Source: Balanoglossus misakiensis
Taxonomy: Eukaryota; Animalia; Hemichordata
Assembly (NCBI GenBank): GCA_040954595.2
Contig: CM082582.2
Span: forward strand, 12,731,777 to 12,795,776
Length of the DNA: 64,000 bases
Reading direction: 5' to 3'
The notes under the pieces were generated by a model that saw only the letters and a list, made by a program, of their open reading frames with translations, was not told the DNA's origin and did not search any database. How positions within the stretch are numbered: position 1 is the first letter of the stretch; each line of letters opens with the position of its first letter. Of the stretch, positions 62,954-64,000 are shown one piece after another. Position numbers and translations under genes: made by a program.

Positions 62954-63319
62954 ATGGATCGACAAGATGTCGATAAAATATCAGCAGTGGGACCAGTCGA
63001 AGACGACTTCAACAACGCCGATAATGGTGGGATGTCGCCAAATCGTGACAGTGCGAGCGGTTCGATACCGAGCGAACCTGGTGATGTTACTACGATAACT
63101 ACACTTGAAACGCCGAGATCGTCATCATGTCCACCAGGGGAAGGTGGTAGGCCAGTTGCAAGCACTCCGAAAATGAAAGAACTTCGTTCACACAGCGAAG
63201 ACAATTTGAAAAGGCGAAATGCCAGTTTCACGCAAACGGACTTGTCCATTTCAGAATTCGATGAATTGAAAGTACCTATAGTAGGATTTGAAATCATGGA
63301 ACAGAGGGCTAGATTTACG
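62954..63319 (+). CDS. SNX16: Sorting nexin-16, first coding exon (gene continues beyond window)
   Basis: Ser/Pro-rich N-terminus ending VPIVGFEIMEQRARFT|gtaagt. This matches the start of the SNX16 PX domain (ILGYEVMEERAKFTV in vertebrates). Confidence 0.82.
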
Positions 63320-64000
63320 GTAAGTTCTTCGCGAAAACAGGTTTGGAGTCGGTTCATAATTTTCTTGTATAATAGGTGGGTGTCAAGAAAAGGGATTCGG
63401 AAGCAAAAGAACTTTGTTTACTTTGCGTTTTGTTTATTATCAGTAATGTTATCACAATTTTATCACATTGGCCTTATGATATTTTGTTCAAATATCATTA
63501 CCTGGCTACAAAGTGATTAAAATGTTTATAAACACCCCCTTTTACAATGCCTCCATCCTTGCACATCTATGCCAATAGCATGACTGAATGTTTTTACATT
63601 AAAACAAATTCTTTTGTTCAGTGCTGCTGCCTGTACCCATACCCTTAGTTAGAAAGTACGTGGACCACATTTCTATGGATGCTTTATGCGGAGGGAGGGG
63701 GCATAAGGCACCTGGGTCTATAAACAGCTCGGCCAACTATTGTTAAGTGTATGATTAGGTTGTAGATGATTGACTCTTTCAAAGCCTGTAGGGAAAAATG
63801 AAATTTGGAGTCAGGAAGTATCAGGTTGGAATCAGGAAACACCCTCATACTCACATTTTGTGAGTTCCACCCACATCTGACCTGGATAGAGACAAAAGGA
63901 AGTTCACTTCCTACAGTTTTAAGTTTCCATTAAATTGACATCACAATTGAAATGTCTGAAATCCTAAATCACAATGAAAAGAATCACAAACAGTTAGATC

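Overview
Intron-rich genomic DNA from an invertebrate animal (single-copy pro-orthologues suggest a non-vertebrate bilaterian, plausibly a deuterostome; this is inference). 1-12060 is an AT-rich 87-bp tandem satellite (~135 forward units in two subfamilies, plus an inverted block at 1-317). It lies just upstream of the last two exons of a class II aldolase/adducin-family gene (+). Next come four co-oriented minus-strand genes: an RBL1/RBL2 (p107/p130) pocket protein (19 coding exons), a CHD6-9/Kismet chromatin remodeller, Rab2 (6 exons, 212 aa) and a two-exon HSF5-like factor. The first coding exon of a divergently transcribed SNX16 (+) closes the window. The least obvious signal is in the CHD introns, which host at least eight box C/D snoRNA-like elements, one per intron. 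These are a clear SNORD8/9 (mgU6-53) homologue, an 18S-complementary guide, and a six-member family with a shared terminal stem but different guides. The Rab2-CHD-RBL order matches the arrangement split among vertebrate paralogons. Two TTAA-flanked Kolobok-type MITEs bracket the Rab2 promoter. All coordinates were read by eye and no database searches were run.
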